Source: Nemertoderma westbladi
Taxonomy: Eukaryota; Animalia; Xenacoelomorpha
Reading direction: 5' to 3'
Assembly (NCBI GenBank): GCA_032718475.1
Contig: JAUCBJ010007338.1
Location: forward strand, 25,450 to 89,449
Length of the DNA: 64,000 bases
This document shows, in pieces, positions 58,080 to 64,000 of the stretch; within the stretch, counting starts at the first letter, position 1, and every line of letters starts with the position of its first letter. The notes beneath the pieces were generated by a model. The model was not told where the DNA came from. It did no database searches and saw only the letters and a program-made list of their open reading frames with translations. The translations under genes were made by a program, and so were the position numbers.

Positions 58080-58610
58080 CCCCTGACTGCAGAGGTCGAG
58101 GGTTCAATCCCTGTGGGGGTGGGGTTCGTCCCCACCCCTGACTGCAGGGGTCGAGGGTTCGATCCCCGTTGGGGTGGGGTTCGTCCCCATCCCCATCCCC
58201 TGGCTCCAGAGGTCGTGCGTTCGACCCCCTGGCTGCAGAGGTCGAGGGTTCGACCCCCTGGCTGCAGAGGTCGAGGGTTCGACCCCCTGGCTGCAGAGGT
58301 CGAGGGTTCGATCCCCATGGGGGTTGGGTTCGTCTCCACCCCTGGCTACAGAGGTCGAGGGTTCGATCCCCTGGCTGCAGAGGTCGAGGGTTCGATCCCT
58401 GTGGAGGTGGGGTCCGGTTTGAGGGATTACCCAGGGCGCATCTCTTCAAAGCATCCTTACATAGTCGCTTAATTGAGTACCAGTTTCCTCTGGTGATTAC
58501 AGTTCAGGGTAGACCCTCTGGTGAGTATAGTTCAGGGTAGACCGCACTGGATATAACTTTTAATCCCTGGCCAAACGGCCAAATAGTCTTTCCTTACTTT
58601 TTTTTACTTT
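58080..58610 (+). mobile_element. SINE copy 3 with 8 tandem B-box/T-arm units
   Basis: CTGCAGAGGTCGAGGGTTCGA(T/C)CCC x8 (58085-58401), then ccagggcgcatctc..gcatcctt..gagtaccagtttcctctgg..gaccgcactgga..aatccctggcc and a T-rich tail as in copy 1. Confidence 0.75.
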
Positions 58611-61357
58611 TGTAGTGATAAAAATATTTCCAAAAACACAAATAATATACGTATTCTTTGCTTTATACGATGAAAAAGGTAATAAGTAATGATTATTTTG
58701 TGGGCGCACTAAATACGTGAACTGTATTGAACTAATTATTATTCTATACAAATTAATGAACCAGTAAAATGATGACTTAAACTGGTATTTACAATATACA
58801 AAATACAAAAACACATTCTCACACACTATTCTATTAAATAGACTGCGACACCTAGTATAATCACTGCGCATTCCGCAATGTAAAATACATTTTAATTTAA
58901 TCTTAATAATATAGCAATTATATAAAGTAGAATTGTATTTCACACTTTTATAACTTACATATGACCGATTTCGTGAGGTCTGCCATTACTTCGTACAACA
59001 AGCAACTTCCGTTTCCATATGTGTGGGCAACGAGAAAATACATGACTTATAGAGGAGACCTACCTGAGCGCGAGTTTAAAATACGTTACGCCACAATACT
59101 GATACAATACTATTACTATATCTCACTCTTAAATATAGTTATTCAAAATAAAATATAGTGCCGGTATGCTGTTGTACATCATAAGTTTTTAGAATGTATT
59201 TCAGCCGACAAAATGTATTTCTACGCAAAACTAAAATAAATCGATTTAAGCCTTAAATCAGGAAGTGACGACTTATATAGTGTGTATGATATAAAAAAAA
59301 TTATCATAATTATTAATTCACGAATAAAAGATTAGATTTACAAAAAACAAACCGACACCGCATGGCATAAGAATACAAACTTAAAGAATGTGTGACCGCA
59401 AATTCATGATAGTGAATATAAATAAATGAACACACACCTTCTCACATTGAAATTCCCTAAGACGTTTCTATATTCGGATATGTTGAATTATGTGAAGTTT
59501 AATATTGTCAAAAGCGGTAAAAAAATAAAATAACTTTTGGTAGTTGGTTGATTAGCGACTTAAGGGGGGGAAAGGGGGGGGGGGGGGGGAGTTGTAATAA
59601 ATTTTCAACTAAATGAAAAAAAGAATTTCAAATATGAAATGAAAACGAAAACCTTAGATCCTTTTAGTTCTTGAGTTACTGCTGTTTGTCGGTCTGAGAC
59701 TAACAGGACCGACAGAGAGACAGACGGACTATATTCCACCAAAAATTAAAACAGACATAGGAAATGAAATCACCGACCCCGAAACCCCCGTAATAGCTCT
59801 GTGGCGTGCTTTTTCGTAACCAATAAGATCGCAGACAGCGAGTTTCGCGCGGGAAGGTTTAAATTTCTAAGGGAATTATCTCTGGATGACATTTTCAATT
59901 CCAAATCGCCAGTCCTCCGCCACTTTTAAACCAATTTTCTTTATTTATGTCTAATTCGAAAGAAATTAACATAACTGTTAGAGTTGTAGATTCCATGGCG
60001 CTGAGTCCAAAAAGTTGGTTTCAAGAAATTTAGACACGATTGAGATTATAGTTAGCGTTTTTAGTGAAATCCTTAATTCTGTCGCCAGCCGCTAGGTGGA
60101 GGCAATACATTTTCCAATTTTCGTATAATGGATATTTGGCCTTCCATACATTGGTTGCCATGGTAAAATTATGGTAGCCCTGAGCTGCCACTTTGTTTCT
60201 CGACTTTTTTGCAAACTCGTTCGAACGAATTTGCTAAAGCCGGGGAAACAAAAAAAATTACAAAACTGGGCGTTAATATAAAATAGTTATATTAACTATA
60301 TAATTTACATCTGTTTAATAAAGGTGCAAGGGGTGTACCCCCCCCCCCCCCTTCCTAATTCCTTACATTATATTTAACACTTATACACCCGAATCGTTTC
60401 AACGCTCTAAGTTTAAATAACGACTATTATCTGAAACTATTGTTAGATTGATATGAGAGAGATTTAGTTGTTTAATGGTTCATTTGTCAAACCGTCCGTG
60501 ATGGTAAACCTAAAAATAACATTGTATACTAAAACTATCACTGCACGTAACGGAAACAGCTCCAAAGGTAACAAAAACTACTCAAAAGACGACCTATTAT
60601 ACTGCATGAGGCAACCATTAATTAATTAGTTTAATTAACGATTCATATTTTAGCACTAATTTATTAGCACATGGTTCAAAGAAATAACATAAAACTCATT
60701 ACCAACAAACAGCACACGAGCTGGTGTGTAATGCAACAAAAGTTATGGTGGTGAGCCGTGCATCTAGTTTGGTAGTGAGCCGTGCATCTAGTTTTGGCTA
60801 AAACAGGCAAACACAATAATGTCTAAGCTGGAAAACTTAATTGCAAAGTGACAATAAAAAATTAATATACGAATACATCATTAAAACGATACCTTTCCTA
60901 CATGAAAAAAACCCGCCATCAAATGCAAAACATCACCTTCCGTTCATAGTGTTATGTGAAACAAAACGTTAGTGCTCTAAGGCCAAAGAAATCGCACACA
61001 AAAAGTCGTTATTATTATTAAAGCAAAAGGGATGTAAGTAAAATAAATCAAACAAATGAAATGACAAAGAAAATAAATAATGAATTAATGAATAATGTGA
61101 GATTGAGTATGTGAATTAATAGCTATAATATCTATGTGGTGAAAAAAAGAGCAAAAACTGGGTTTAAAATAATGTGAACTTAACACACACATATATAAAA
61201 TAATATCGCAAAAAATGCATTATACGCCCAAGTATTGCAAATGAACTCTGCGCCAAAAGAAATAAATACTCAATATTTTAACTATAAATTTATCTAACCT
61301 GTAGCTGATTGAAACGGGAAATAATTAAAGATTGAAATAGACCGTAAAGGAAAGAAA

Positions 61358-63088
61358 CGCCACCCAATGAGAATAGTAAACCTACGCCACCCAACGAGTA
61401 TAGTAAACCTACGCCACCCAACGAGTATAGTAAACCTACGCCACCCAACGAGTATAGTAGACCTACGCCACCCAACGAGTATAGTAAACCTACGCCACAA
61501 CGAGTATAAACCTACGCCACCCAACGAGTATAGTAAACCTACACCACCCAACGAGTATAGTAAACCTACGCCACCCAATGAGTACAGTAAACCTACGCCA
61601 CCCAACGAGTATAGTAAACCTACGCCACCCAAAGAGCATAGTAAACCTACGCCACAACGAGTATAAACCTACGCCACCCAACGAGTATAGTAAACCTACA
61701 CCACCCAACGAGTATAGTAAACCTACGCCACCCAACGAGTATAGTAAACCTACGCCACCCAACGAGTATAGTAAACCTACGCCACCCAACGAGTATAGTA
61801 AACCTACGCCACCCAACGAGTATAGTAAACCTACGCCACCCAACGAGTATAGTAAACCTACGCCACCCAATGAGTACAGTAAACCTACGCCACCCAACGA
61901 GTATAGTAAACCTACGCCACCCAATGAGTACAGTAAACCTACGCCACCCAACGAGTATAGTAAACCTACGCCACCCAACGAGTATAGTAAACCTACGCCA
62001 CCCAATGAGTGAGTAAACCTACGCCACCCACTGAGTATAGTAAACCTACGCCACCCAAAGAGCATAGTAAACCTACGCCACCCAATGAGTATAGTAAACC
62101 AACGCCACTCAATGAGAATAGTAAACCTACGCCACCCAACGAGTATAGTAAACCTACGCCACCCAACGAGAATAGTAAACCTACGCCACCCAATGAGTAC
62201 AGTAAACCTACGCCACCCAACGAGAATAGTAAATCTACGCCACCCAATGAGTACAGTAAACCTACGCCACCCAACGAGAATAGTAAACCTACGCCACCCA
62301 ATGAGTACAGTTATCCTACGCCACCCAACGAGTATAGTAAACCTACGCCACCCAACGAGTATAGTAAACCTACGCCACCCAACGAGCATAGTAAACCTAC
62401 GCCAATCAACGAGCGAGTAAACCTACGCCACCCAATGAGTAGAGTAAACCTACGCCACCCAATGAGAATACTAAAGCTACGCCACCCAATGAGTATAGCA
62501 AACCTACGCCACCCAATGAGTATAGTAAACCTACGCTACCCAATGAGTAGAGTAAAACTACGCCACCCAATGAGTATAGTAAAGCTACGCCACCCAATGA
62601 GTATAGTAAACCTACGCCACCCAATGAGTATAGTAAAAGTAAACCTACGCCACCCAATGAGTATAGTAAACCTACTCCACCCAATGAGTATAGTAAACCT
62701 AGGCCACCCAATGAGTATAGTAAACATACGCCACCCAATGAGTATAGTAAACCTACGCCACCCACTGAGTATAGTAAACCTACGCCACCCAATGAGTATA
62801 GTAAACCTACGCCACTCAATGAGAATAGTAAACCTACCCCATCCAACGAGTATAGTAAACCTACGCCACCCAACGAGTATAGTAAACCTACTTCACCCAA
62901 TGAGTATAGTAAACCTACGCCACCCATTCAGTATAGTGAATCTACGCCACCCATTGAGGAGAATAAATCTACGCCACCCATTCAGTATAGTGAATCTACG
63001 CCACCCATTGAGTAGAATGAATCTACGCCACATATTGAGTAGAGTGAATCTACGCCACCCATTCAGTATAGTGAATCTACGCCACACT
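61358..63088 (+). repeat. 27-bp minisatellite (AGTATAGTAAACCTACGCCACCCAACG)n, about 64 copies, diverging towards the right end
   Basis: Directly visible; degenerate acctacgccac units continue to about 63270. Confidence 0.97.
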
Positions 63089-63297
63089 TGAGATGGCCCG
63101 AAACAGGCTACAATAGAGTAGAAGGAATGTGCGCCACATTTATTTCTACCTGTGGTTTATACGTCGTACATTGGGTAGACTAAACCTACTCAATACATTC
63201 ATAAAACTGAACCTACCTAATCCACCACGATGACCTACGCCACACGCACGAGTTAACCTACGCCACACGTACGAGTTAACCTTATTGATCTAATGGG

Positions 63298-63331
<34 letters not shown>

Positions 63332-64000
63332 CGTACAATGCAGTTTTACGATAGAAACCTGCCAACTAGCAATGATTACAAGCTGCGACAATTTATTATT
63401 ATTGGGTTTAAAACAAGGAAACTACCAACATTGACAGAGTTTACGATTTACGCGATGAGGCCAGCGGAGTAGCCATTGCTTGACTGGTTGAAGCAATGTA
63501 AGTTAGTGGGTGAGGGGGGTGTAGTTAGGCTACTCCTTAGGGACAACTTGTCTCTAACTATAGTGGTGTGTAGGAAACAAGGCTCGTGGTTTATGTGAAG
63601 GGATACATTCAAGTATATTATCTGAAACAACGGTATGGCACCAGTCACCATCCAATGGAGCGGCAGTGGGATACCGACATCGTTTATATTCAACGACAAG
63701 TTTGGCAACCCTAGGTAGTAGAGTCGGTGTAGATAGAGAAACGGTATGGAATGAGAAAACAGCAGTGTAGCTAGTAGGAGCCGGCCGAAGAGCTACTCAA
63801 ACGTAGAGGCATAAGGCTTCGACCCTGGAAGATAAAACAAAGAAATTCCAGTCATTGATACACATAAAATGGTTAGGGTGGTTGGAGTAAACTGTCTGTG
63901 AAGGGATAATGTCCTTACACTTTTCCGGAAAATCCCTCGTTTATTACTTTTTGTTTGTGAGTGTAATTATTTATCGAAAATAAAGGGGATATTATCACAG

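Noticed and set aside
50774-63091. Many repetitive ORFs in the 28-, 30- and 27-bp arrays
   Set aside because: Satellite translations without unique coding sequence.

Overview
Repeat-rich eukaryotic DNA, very probably animal and apparently intron-poor. There are two intact host genes: a single-exon 3082-aa DOT1L H3K79 methyltransferase (18028-27276, +) and a two-exon alpha-N-acetylglucosaminidase NAGLU (33551-36623, +). The rest is mostly mobile or repetitive DNA. It includes a Merlin/IS1595-type transposase pseudogene, tRNA-derived SINEs, two RTE-like LINE fragments and several 21-30 bp satellites. A three-level nest of TIR/foldback transposons (8884-16680) has separate 8-, 10- and 9-bp TSDs. 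A 12.9-kb minus-strand BEL/Pao LTR retrotransposon (37837-50712, TSD GGTTC, near-identical 1.24-kb LTRs) is inserted in a 28-bp satellite. The most striking observation concerns this BEL/Pao element. It has no tRNA-type PBS; instead the 11 nt abutting the 5' LTR are exactly complementary to an 11-mer inside the LTR, the signature of Tf1-type self-primed reverse transcription. It also keeps Gag and protease, lacks RT and integrase, and carries an orphan ORF in the env position. All calls are by eye; no database searches were run.
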